This document shows, piece by piece, positions 52,189 through 61,032 of a stretch of DNA of 64,000 nucleotides. Positions within the stretch are counted from its first letter, which is position 1, and each line of letters opens with the position of its first letter. Under the pieces are notes generated by a model. That model had not been told where the DNA came from, made no database searches, and saw only the letters and a program-made list of their open reading frames with translations. Location of the stretch: contig JBGTEC010000038.1 in the NCBI GenBank assembly GCA_041747995.1, forward strand, positions 16,327-80,326, given 5' to 3'. Position numbers and translations under genes: made by a program. Origin of the DNA: Wenzhouxiangella sp. GTDB lineage: Bacteria > Pseudomonadota > Gammaproteobacteria > Xanthomonadales > Wenzhouxiangellaceae.

Positions 52189-52283
52189 TCACCACGGAGG
52201 CACAGAGACACAGAGAAAATAGATTTATAAAAATCAATAATTTATCTTGCTCTTCCTCTGTGACCTCTGTGCCTCCGTGGTGA
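52189..52283. repeat. REP-like hairpin (CACAGAG family) with IHF consensus in the loop
   Basis: Arms 52189-52215 and 52256-52283 are inverted; AATCAATAATTTA at 52232-52244 matches WATCAANNNNTTR exactly. Confidence 0.85.
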
Positions 52284-52326
52284 AATTTTCTTTTTCTTCA
52301 AGCGAGACAGGGCCGGAATGCTGAGA

Positions 52327-53808
52327 CTAACCTGCTACTGTTCGACGCTCCATGCGGGCGGCATCGGAGCGGCGGGCTTCCAAATGCTCCAGGTAGCCTT
52401 CTTCCAGTCCTGTGACGTATTTTCCACTGAAGCATGAACTGTCGAACCCGGCCAGCTTGCGGTTCTTGCCGCGCACAGCGTTTTCCAGCGCATCGAGGTC
52501 CTGATAAATCAACCTGTCCGCACCGATCCGCTCACAAACCTCCTGATCGGTGCGACCAGCCGCAATCAGTTCGCTCGCGGCGGGCATGTCGATACCATAG
52601 ACATTGGGGTAGCGAACCGGGGGAGAAGCCGAAGCCAGGTAAACCTTTTTCGCCCCGGCCTCGCGGGCCATCTGGATGATCTGCTTCGACGTCGTGCCCC
52701 GAACGATGGAATCGTCGACAAGCAGGACATTCTTGTTTCTGAATTCCAGTGCGATCGTGTTGAGCTTGCGGCGCACCGAGCGCGCCCGTTCCTCCTGGCC
52801 CGGCATGATAAAGGTGCGACCTATGTAACGATTCTTCATCAGACCTTCCCGGTACTTTACCCCCAGCATGTGAGCCAGCGGCAGGCAGGCCGTGCGGCTG
52901 GTGTCGGGCACGGGTATCACCACATCAATGTCGTGGTCGGGCCAGACCCGCAGAATCTTCTCTGCCAGGGCTTCACCCATGCGCAGCCGGACCTTGTAGA
53001 CCGACAGATCATCGATCAGCGAGTCGGGGCGGGAGAAATACACGTATTCAAAAATACACGGAGTGTGCGGACGTGCCTCCGGGCTGGCGTGACGATGGAT
53101 TTCACCATTCAGCGTAATCAGGACACTTTCACCAGGGGCCAGGTCGGAGATCAGCTGGAATCCCAGGATATCCAGCACGACGGACTCCGAAGCAATGATG
53201 TATTCCATGCCATCGACGGTCTCCCGCTGCCCCAGCACCGCCGGGCGGATGCCATGCGGATCGCGAAAACCCAGCAGTCCGACGCCGGCGATCAGCGCCA
53301 CTGCCGCGTAGCCGCCGCGGCAGCGTCGATGAACACCGTCAACCGAGGAAAAGACGGCTTCGGGATCAATTCGGTTGCCGGCGTGCCGTGCGAGCTCGTG
53401 AGCCAGGCAATTGAGCAGGACTTCAGAGTCAGACTCGGTGTTGATATGGCGTCGGTCTTCGGCAAACAGCTCATCGCTGAGGCGGTCGGAATTGATCAGG
53501 TTACCGTTATGACCCAATGCAATTCCGAAAGGCGAGTTGACATAGATTGGCTGGGCTTCATCCGGGCGATCCAGGCCGGCGGTGGGATAGCGCACATGAC
53601 CGATACCGACATTGCCATTGAGCCCGACCATTGAATGCTCGCCAAAAACATCCCGGACCAGGCCGATTCCCCGAGCCGAACGCATACGCCCGTCAATGAG
53701 TGTCGTCATCCCGGCAGCGTCCTGGCCGCGATGCTGCAGGATGGTCATCGCATCGTAGAGGCGAGCGGCAACAGGCGTTCGACCAAAAATCCCAACAATT
53801 CCGCACAT
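52327..53808 (-). CDS. purF: Amidophosphoribosyltransferase
   Basis: MCGIVG, QHRGQDAAG, VDDSIVRGTT. Confidence 0.98.
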   Translation of the reverse strand: MCGIVGIFGRTPVAARLYDAMTILQHRGQDAAGMTTLIDGRMRSARGIGLVRDVFGEHSMVGLNGNVGIGHVRYPTAGLDRPDEAQPIYVNSPFGIALGHNGNLINSDRLSDELFAEDRRHINTESDSEVLLNCLAHELARHAGNRIDPEAVFSSVDGVHRRCRGGYAAVALIAGVGLLGFRDPHGIRPAVLGQRETVDGMEYIIASESVVLDILGFQLISDLAPGESVLITLNGEIHRHASPEARPHTPCIFEYVYFSRPDSLIDDLSVYKVRLRMGEALAEKILRVWPDHDIDVVIPVPDTSRTACLPLAHMLGVKYREGLMKNRYIGRTFIMPGQEERARSVRRKLNTIALEFRNKNVLLVDDSIVRGTTSKQIIQMAREAGAKKVYLASASPPVRYPNVYGIDMPAASELIAAGRTDQEVCERIGADRLIYQDLDALENAVRGKNRKLAGFDSSCFSGKYVTGLEEGYLEHLEARRSDAARMERRTVAG

Positions 53809-53810
53809 AA

Positions 53811-54317
53811 CTACTCTGACTCCGTTTTATCGGCAGGCACGTAAGCCTGCAAGGACTCGGGAAACTGCGTCACCGCCCAGGCGGCCAGCCGTTCAAACTC
53901 CGGCAGCAACCGCGATTCCTGCCACCAGGGATCCCCCGGAAACGGCGTAAATCGCGCGATGATGACGGCAACAATCACAATCGTCAGACCTCTCAGCGCG
54001 CCGAATAATGCACCAAAAAGCCGGTCGGTTCCACTCAGGCCCGTAGTGGCAATCAGCTTGCCGAGCAGGAAATTGAACATGGCGCCGACCACCAGAACCA
54101 GCAAGAAAACGCCGACAAATGCGACGATCAAGCGTACCGACGGCATATCGATCCAGGGCGCCATTCTCAAGCTCAACGGCCCCGTGGCCATCATGGCGGC
54201 ATAAAACGCCGCTATCCAGATGAGCAGCGAAAAGGCTTCCCTCAGGAAGCCCCGGAACAGACTGACCAGGATCGACACCAGGCAGATGCCCAGAATCGCA
54301 AGGTCAGCCGCATTCAT
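53811..54317 (-). CDS. cvpA: CvpA (colicin V production) protein
   Basis: RGFLREAFSL, TGLSGTDR.FGALFG..RG; lies upstream of purF. Confidence 0.93.
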   Translation of the reverse strand: MNAADLAILGICLVSILVSLFRGFLREAFSLLIWIAAFYAAMMATGPLSLRMAPWIDMPSVRLIVAFVGVFLLVLVVGAMFNFLLGKLIATTGLSGTDRLFGALFGALRGLTIVIVAVIIARFTPFPGDPWWQESRLLPEFERLAAWAVTQFPESLQAYVPADKTESE

Positions 54318-55321
54318 GGATGCGAAACGACCAGACCCTCGAGACCGGCACGCTCAGTAATCTCGGCCAGTTTGCGCACAGCATCCTCACGCGAGGAAAC
54401 GGGCCCAACCCGCACGCGCCAGATAGCGCGGCTTCCGGCCAGATCTTCGTGGATGAAAGCGTTAAAACCATGGTCATCAAGCTGGCCCAGCAGTCGGACA
54501 GCATTGTTGCGACTGGCGAATGACCCGACTTGAACGGCAAAACCGGCCGCCCCCTCGGAATCCTCTGCATTCGGGGCGGGGCCGGCGAGTACCACTGGAT
54601 CAACGCCGGCAACTGTTCGGTCAATCTGGCCCCGCGCCCGCTCTGCATCCTCCCGGGTATGATACGGTCCCGTCCGCACTCGGTGCAGAGTCGAATCGCC
54701 TCGCACGAACAACTCACTCGTTGCCATGTGGCCAAGCTCAGTCAGGCGCTCGACGATTTCTCCGGCCGTAGCCTGTGACCCGAAACTGGCCACCTGGACC
54801 ATCCAGCCATTGCCATCGCCAGCGGCGATCGCCACCGGCTCGGCCTCTGGCTGGGGTGCTGACGCCTGTTCGGCGTCAGGCCGCGCCTGAATAGACGGTT
54901 GATCCCGGGATTCGACGATCTCTTCGGGGTCGATGTCGGCCGGGGCCACGATGTCGATCGGCTCGCCAATCGGGTATTCGAACGATCGCTTGTCCGAGTC
55001 CGCTTCAACAACGGGTCGTTGCGTGGGTTCGTACGGTGCTTCAAACTCGGAAATCTCTGGTCCCGCTGCCCGATCAAGCTCCGGTTCGTTGGCCTGTGAA
55101 GAATCGGGCGCGCTTTCCGGCTGGAGACGGCGCGCCTGATCAGGCCCGATCGGCAACCGCCGAATTGGCGGTCGCTCACCCGAAGGTTCAGGTAAATCGA
55201 GAGTCATCTCGCGGGGCATTCGCTGCTCATCCGGCGCATCGAACAACATCGGAATGAAGATCACTGCCAGCGCAATGAGGATCGAGGCGCCGATCAGCCG
55301 CTGTTTCAAAACCTTATCCAT
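54314..55321 (-). CDS. dedD: DedD-like cell division protein with two SPOR domains
   Basis: LKQRLIGA..LAVIFIPM; two VQV(A/G)SF..RVR(T/V)GP repeats; lies between folC and cvpA. Confidence 0.85.
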   Translation of the reverse strand: MDKVLKQRLIGASILIALAVIFIPMLFDAPDEQRMPREMTLDLPEPSGERPPIRRLPIGPDQARRLQPESAPDSSQANEPELDRAAGPEISEFEAPYEPTQRPVVEADSDKRSFEYPIGEPIDIVAPADIDPEEIVESRDQPSIQARPDAEQASAPQPEAEPVAIAAGDGNGWMVQVASFGSQATAGEIVERLTELGHMATSELFVRGDSTLHRVRTGPYHTREDAERARGQIDRTVAGVDPVVLAGPAPNAEDSEGAAGFAVQVGSFASRNNAVRLLGQLDDHGFNAFIHEDLAGSRAIWRVRVGPVSSREDAVRKLAEITERAGLEGLVVSHP

Positions 55322-56594
55322 GCAGTCTCTGCCTGAGTAGTTTTAGTTCGGGCCAGGCCTCGGCCACCGTTCGGAAGGAACCGAAAACCACGACCCGGCC
55401 ACTGGGTCGCGAACGGTCAAGAGCACGCCGAATTGCCTCGGGTACCGATTCTACCGCTTCCACGCCACCCTTGACAGGAATCCGCTCGAGTTCGACCGCC
55501 AGTTCCGCCCCTGTACGGGCTCGATCACCAGCCAGCGGGGCGACCAGCCAATGGTCGAAGCATGAATTCAGCGCGCGGCCGATCCCTCGCACGTCCTTGC
55601 CTGCCAAAGCGGAAAACACGGCGCAGCTAAGGCCATTGGCGGGGCCAAGCTCGACCGCCAAGGCCCTGGCAGCGGCCGCGTTGTGCGCGACATCAATCAG
55701 CACCTCCGGGGAGTCGCTCAGGCGCTGCAATCGGCCAGCCAGACAGGCAGTTTTTATCCCTGTCGTCAGGGCCACATCGGTAACCGGCAGGCGGTCCATC
55801 AGTGTGTGCACTGCCATCACCGCACAGGCTGCATTGTCCCGCTGCCAGCGACCAGCCATTGCCGGCTCCGGCAGACCAACCCGACGCCCCGGCAGCGTCA
55901 GCGTAAATCCATGGCGCTGCGCCCGCCAGCGGAAATCCTGGCCGGCCCGAAACACGGTCGCACCGGTGCGACGCAGTTCGTCGACCAGACCCGGCGGCAA
56001 CTGCCTCTCGCCAACGATCAAGGGCCTGCCAGAGCGCGCGATTCCCAACTTTTCACGACCGACTTCAAGCCGCGTTCGGCCCAGCCACTCGGTGTGATCC
56101 AGGCCAATTGACGTGACCACCGCGACATCCGGGTCAACGATATTGACCGCATCCAGACGCCCGCCAAGGCCCACCTCGAGTAGCAGGACATCAATCGGGC
56201 TGGCTTCGGCCACACACAATGCCGCCAGGGTGATGTGTTCGAAATAGGTAAGAAAAACGTCGCCCCGGGCTGATTCAACCCGATCAAGCGACTTCACAAT
56301 CAATGTATCGGCAGCCGGCCGGCCGTCGATGCGCATGCGTTCATGAAAGTTGATCAGATGGGGCGAGGTATAAGCAAATGGTTGCCAATCAGCGGCCTGG
56401 TAAATGCGTTCAAGGAAGGCGACTGTCGACCCTTTTCCATTGGTGCCGCCAACAGTGATGACAGGCCGGTCTCCGAAGTCAATATCGAGGCGTCGAAAAA
56501 CCTCGCCAACCCGGTCCAGCCCTAGTCGGATACCGGATTCAGGCGAACGTCGCTCCAACCGTGCCAGCCAGGCACTCAGGGCTTGCTCGGTCAA
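55314..56594 (-). CDS. folC: Folylpolyglutamate synthase/dihydrofolate synthase
   Basis: GTNGKGST, YTSPHL, EVGLGGRLDAVN, DVAHN. Confidence 0.95.
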   Translation of the reverse strand: MTEQALSAWLARLERRSPESGIRLGLDRVGEVFRRLDIDFGDRPVITVGGTNGKGSTVAFLERIYQAADWQPFAYTSPHLINFHERMRIDGRPAADTLIVKSLDRVESARGDVFLTYFEHITLAALCVAEASPIDVLLLEVGLGGRLDAVNIVDPDVAVVTSIGLDHTEWLGRTRLEVGREKLGIARSGRPLIVGERQLPPGLVDELRRTGATVFRAGQDFRWRAQRHGFTLTLPGRRVGLPEPAMAGRWQRDNAACAVMAVHTLMDRLPVTDVALTTGIKTACLAGRLQRLSDSPEVLIDVAHNAAAARALAVELGPANGLSCAVFSALAGKDVRGIGRALNSCFDHWLVAPLAGDRARTGAELAVELERIPVKGGVEAVESVPEAIRRALDRSRPSGRVVVFGSFRTVAEAWPELKLLRQRLHG

Positions 56595-56600
56595 GGCAGC

Positions 56601-57548
56601 TTACTCGCCCTGCGATACTTCCGCTGTATCCGATGCCGATGGGTTGGACCCGGCGTCGTCAGGTTCAAGCAACTCACCCTCGCGAACCGTGGCCTCCGCT
56701 CCGCTTCCAAGCATGGTCAACAACACATGAACCCGCTGGCGAAGCTCACGTCGGTCAACAATCTGGTCGATCGCGCCTTTCTGCAGCAAAAATTCCGAAC
56801 GCTGGAAACCTTCCGGCAAACGCTCACGGACGGTTTGTTCAATCACCCGGGGCCCAGCAAAGCCGATCAGTGCGTTGGGTTCGGCCAGATTGATGTCACC
56901 AAGCATGCCGAGACTGGCCGACACGCCGCCCATTGTCGGGTGGGTCAAAATCGAGATGAAGGGGAGCCCCTGCTCTGCCATGCGAGCCAGGCCGGCGGAT
57001 GTCTTGGCCATCTGCATCAGGGAGAACAGGCCTTCCTGCATGCGCGCGCCGCCCGATGCGCTGAAACAGACCAGCGGCAGTCGACGCTCCAGGCACTCAT
57101 GCACGCCAGCCATGAATTTCTCACCCACTACCGAGCCCATTGACCCGCCCATGAAGCGAAAATCAAACGCACACGTCACCAGTTCCATGCCAAGCAAGGA
57201 GCCGCGCAAAACGACCAGTGCATCGTTTTCACCAGTGCTTCTCTGCGAGGCGATCAACCGGTCACGATACTTTCGCGTATCGCGGAATCTCAGAACGTCT
57301 ACCGGCATCAGCTCCGCAGCCAGTTCGACGTGATCGCCTTCGTCCAGAAAGGCTTTCAGACGGGAACGTCCAGACAGGCTCATGTGGTGAGCGCATTTTG
57401 GACAGACCTGGAGGTTGCGCTCCAGTTCGGGTTGATAAAGCACCGCGTCACAGGACTTGCACTTGGTCCAGAGCCCATCGGGCACCTTGCGGCTCTTGCC
57501 GCCTTCGGTGCGGATGCGCGCGGGCATCAATTTTTGAAACCAGCTCAT
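56601..57548 (-). CDS. accD: Acetyl-CoA carboxylase carboxyltransferase beta subunit
   Basis: CxxC..CxxC zinc finger, [21 protein letters not shown]. Confidence 0.97.
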   Translation of the reverse strand: MSWFQKLMPARIRTEGGKSRKVPDGLWTKCKSCDAVLYQPELERNLQVCPKCAHHMSLSGRSRLKAFLDEGDHVELAAELMPVDVLRFRDTRKYRDRLIASQRSTGENDALVVLRGSLLGMELVTCAFDFRFMGGSMGSVVGEKFMAGVHECLERRLPLVCFSASGGARMQEGLFSLMQMAKTSAGLARMAEQGLPFISILTHPTMGGVSASLGMLGDINLAEPNALIGFAGPRVIEQTVRERLPEGFQRSEFLLQKGAIDQIVDRRELRQRVHVLLTMLGSGAEATVREGELLEPDDAGSNPSASDTAEVSQGE

Positions 57549-58396
57549 TTGACGTTGATGGCCTTGTCTTTGGGATTGTTGGCACGCAAAGAGGCGACAT
57601 TGTCCATGGACTGACGGACCGGTGCAAGAAAATCGCGCGTCACGCGAACCGCCTCTTCGGCTGACTCGCAGCGATCCAGGCGGTCAACGAGTGCCGAGCC
57701 GATCACCACGGCATCGGCGCTTTCGGCGGCGGCAGCAGCCTGATCCGGGTCGCGGATGCCAAAACCAGTGGCGACCGGAAGCCCCACGCTGGCCCGAACG
57801 CGTTCGACCATTGGCGCAAGACTTGCGACGTCCAGAGTGGCGGCACCCGTCACCCCCTTGATGGCCACGTAGTAGACAAAACCACCGGCCAGGCGTGCAG
57901 CTTGGGCCAGGCGCTGGTCGTTTGTTGTCGGGGCGATAAGGAAAATCTGGTGCAAGCCCTGCTCCGAGAGCAGTCGACACAGGTCGGCTGCCTCATCGGA
58001 CGGGCAATCAACCACCAGCAACCCATCCACGCCGGCCTCGGCTGCCTCGCGAGCGAAGCGCTCAGGCCCGCGACGTTCGATCGGATTGGTGTAGCCCATC
58101 AGGATGACCGGCGTGTCGGCATCGGTGCGCCGGAAATCGCGGACCATGTCAAGGACCTGGATCAGCCCGGTCCCGTTTTCGAGCGCCCTGGCGCAGGCTT
58201 TCTGAATGACAGGACCATCGGCCATCACATCGGAGAACGGCATGCCAAGCTCGACCAGGTCGGCGCCCGCTGCAACTGCTGCATGCATGATCCGGACGGT
58301 GGCGTCCGGACGCGGGTGGCCCGCTGTTATGTATGGCACCAGGCCTACCCGGCCACTTTGCCCGAGCACTTTGAAGCGCTGATCGATTCGGTTCAA
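57545..58396 (-). CDS. trpA: Tryptophan synthase alpha chain
   Basis: [29 protein letters not shown]. Confidence 0.96.
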   Translation of the reverse strand: MNRIDQRFKVLGQSGRVGLVPYITAGHPRPDATVRIMHAAVAAGADLVELGMPFSDVMADGPVIQKACARALENGTGLIQVLDMVRDFRRTDADTPVILMGYTNPIERRGPERFAREAAEAGVDGLLVVDCPSDEAADLCRLLSEQGLHQIFLIAPTTNDQRLAQAARLAGGFVYYVAIKGVTGAATLDVASLAPMVERVRASVGLPVATGFGIRDPDQAAAAAESADAVVIGSALVDRLDRCESAEEAVRVTRDFLAPVRQSMDNVASLRANNPKDKAINVK

Positions 58397-59616
58397 AACG
58401 TGATCCCCTCGAGGTCGGCGACCGTGTGAATGTCCTTGTCACCCCGGCCTGACAGATTGATCAGCACGATATCGTCTGCCGGCAAATCGGCAGCTAGCTT
58501 CATTCCATAGGCGATGGCATGGGCACTTTCCAGCGCCGGCATGATGCCTTCCGTACGTGTCAGGGCATGAAAAGCTTCGAGTGCTTCATCATCGGTAATG
58601 CCGACATAGCTGGCCCGGCCGCTGTCCTTGAGCCAGGCATGTTCGGGGCCGACGCCGGGGTAATCCAGGCCGGCTGATACCGAATGGGTGTGACGAATCT
58701 GGCCGGCATCGTCGTCAAGCAGGTAGGTGCGACTGCCGTGGAGAACGCCGACCCGGCCGGCACAAAGGCTGGCTGCATGTTCGAGGCCGGACAGGCCACG
58801 CCCGGCGGCTTCGACGCCGACCATGTCCACGTCGGCATCATCGATGAACGGATGAAACAAACCGATCGCGTTGGAGCCACCACCGACACAGGCAACGAGC
58901 GCCCTGGGCAGGCAGCCGTATTCTTCCAGCATCTGGGAACGTGCCTCGCGACCGACAATGGCATTGAAATCACGCACCATGGCCGGATAGGGATGCGGGC
59001 CGGCAACGGTGCCGAGAATGTAGAACGTATCGTCGACGTTGGTCACCCAATCGCGCATCGCTTCATTCAGCGCGTCCTTCAGGGTTCGCGAACCAGCTTC
59101 GACGCTGATTACCTCGGCTCCGAGCAGCTTCATGCGATAGACATTGATCGCCTGACGGCGTACATCCTCGGCGCCCATGTAAACAACACACTCCATGCCC
59201 AGCCTGGCAGCGACCGTCGCCGTGGCCACGCCATGCTGTCCGGCACCTGTCTCTGCAATCACGCGCTTTTTGCCCATCGCGCGGGCAAGAAGACCCTGGC
59301 CCACGGTGTTGTTGATCTTGTGGGCGCCGGTATGGTTGAGGTCCTCGCGCTTGAGCACGATACGCGCACCGCCGGTCTCGGCCGTCAGATTTCCGGCCAG
59401 ATAAAGCGGTGAGGGACGACCGACGAAATGGGCCAGATCACTGTCCAACTCAGCTATAAAAACCGGGTCGACGATATATTTCCGCCAGGCCTGATCAAGT
59501 TCCTCGAGCGCCGGCATCAGCGTCTCGGAAACAAAACGACCGCCGTACACACCGAAGTGACCACTGCGGTCAGGCAATCGCCGTGAAGGGCCCAGTTGCA
59601 CTGCTGGATCAGCCAT
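58393..59616 (-). CDS. trpB: Tryptophan synthase beta chain
   Basis: [37 protein letters not shown]. Confidence 0.98.
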   Translation of the reverse strand: MADPAVQLGPSRRLPDRSGHFGVYGGRFVSETLMPALEELDQAWRKYIVDPVFIAELDSDLAHFVGRPSPLYLAGNLTAETGGARIVLKREDLNHTGAHKINNTVGQGLLARAMGKKRVIAETGAGQHGVATATVAARLGMECVVYMGAEDVRRQAINVYRMKLLGAEVISVEAGSRTLKDALNEAMRDWVTNVDDTFYILGTVAGPHPYPAMVRDFNAIVGREARSQMLEEYGCLPRALVACVGGGSNAIGLFHPFIDDADVDMVGVEAAGRGLSGLEHAASLCAGRVGVLHGSRTYLLDDDAGQIRHTHSVSAGLDYPGVGPEHAWLKDSGRASYVGITDDEALEAFHALTRTEGIMPALESAHAIAYGMKLAADLPADDIVLINLSGRGDKDIHTVADLEGITF

Positions 59617-60214
59617 GTCTTGCAGCCTTTATAAACTCACTCATCAGCTTACCATCCTTGATACCCGGGCGCGTTTCCACGCCGCTTGAAACATCGATCC
59701 CGTGCGGACGGAGCTGCCGACAGGCAGCGGCCACATTGTCGGGGCGCAAGCCACCGGCCAGGATCCACGGTCGTGCCAGAACGGGAATCCGACCCCAGTC
59801 AAAAGTCTTGCCGGACCCGCCCAGTTCGCCGGCAGCGTGCGCGTCGAGGAGCAGGGCATCGGCCTGCCCGTAATCGGCAGCGATGTTGCCATCCGTGCCG
59901 GCCATGGCGATAGCCTTGATCCAGGGACGCTGGAACTGTCGACAGAAGTCCTCAGGCTCCCGACCATGAAACTGCAGCCAGTCCAGCGGTACCGAGGCCA
60001 GTGCTTGGCGAATGAATTCAGCATCGCTGTCCATGAACAGGCCGACCCTGGTCACGAACGGCGGCAATGAGCGGGCGATCGCGGCGGCCTGGTCGAAATC
60101 GACGTTGCGGGCGCTGCGGGAAACAAATACCAGGCCGATGGCATCTGCCCCGGCCGCCGATGCCGCCGCAGCATCTTCTGCCCGCGTTATGCCACAGATT
60201 TTGACGCGAATCAC
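59609..60214 (-). CDS. trpF: Phosphoribosylanthranilate isomerase
   Basis: [33 protein letters not shown]. Confidence 0.96.
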   Translation of the reverse strand: MIRVKICGITRAEDAAAASAAGADAIGLVFVSRSARNVDFDQAAAIARSLPPFVTRVGLFMDSDAEFIRQALASVPLDWLQFHGREPEDFCRQFQRPWIKAIAMAGTDGNIAADYGQADALLLDAHAAGELGGSGKTFDWGRIPVLARPWILAGGLRPDNVAAACRQLRPHGIDVSSGVETRPGIKDGKLMSEFIKAARHG

Positions 60215-61011
60215 CTGGGCACCTCTTGCTCTGCGGCTGGAAATTCCACCAGTCGGCCGATCGGCAGTTGCGGATAATCCGGGTAAGCTGCGGTCATGAA
60301 ATAAAGTCCTCCGGCAGGTGCCGTGATGCCGGCGATGGTTCGATCGCGAGCGGCCAGAACGTCTACCAGCCAGCCCGGACTTTGCTTTCCCTGACCAATA
60401 GCAACCAGCACGCCCACGATGTTTCGAACCATATGATAGACAAAACCATTCGCTTCGATGTCAACGAAGATTTCGTTGCCGCGACGATAGACGGCCACGT
60501 GATGGATGGTCCGCACCGGCGAACTGGCCTGGCAGCCGACGGCACGAAAACTGGAAAAGTCATGCTCCCCGAGCAGGCCCAGCGCAGCGTCGTGCATCAG
60601 TTCGGCATTCAAAGGCGTCCGGAACCAGGCTGCTGTATTGCGCGCCAGCGCCGGCCGAACCCAGCGATTGAGAATACGGTACTGATATCGCCGCCGGCTG
60701 GCCGAAAACCGGGCATGAAAGTTGTCGTCCACAGGACGGACCCAGAGAATGCTGATGCCGGCAGACAGCTCTGAATTGCCACCCAGCACCCAGGAACGCT
60801 CGGACCGGCTTGCATTGGTCTCGAAATGGGCCACCTGGCAGAGGGCGTGAACACCGGCGTCGGTTCGCCCGGCGCAATGAACCACTACCGAATGATCGGC
60901 GACCCGACTGAGCGCGCGCTCGAGACACTCCTGAACAGTGGGCGACTGGCGCTGACGCTGCCAGCCGTGAAATCCACTGCCGTCGTATTCAACACCAACG
61001 GCCAGGCGCAT
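60211..61011 (-). CDS. truA: tRNA pseudouridine(38-40) synthase
   Basis: EYDGS.FHGWQ, GRTDAGVHA, FHARFSA, MVRNIVG. Confidence 0.97.
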   Translation of the reverse strand: MRLAVGVEYDGSGFHGWQRQRQSPTVQECLERALSRVADHSVVVHCAGRTDAGVHALCQVAHFETNASRSERSWVLGGNSELSAGISILWVRPVDDNFHARFSASRRRYQYRILNRWVRPALARNTAAWFRTPLNAELMHDAALGLLGEHDFSSFRAVGCQASSPVRTIHHVAVYRRGNEIFVDIEANGFVYHMVRNIVGVLVAIGQGKQSPGWLVDVLAARDRTIAGITAPAGGLYFMTAAYPDYPQLPIGRLVEFPAAEQEVPR

Positions 61012-61032
61012 GCAGCTTCAGGTCGTCCGATG

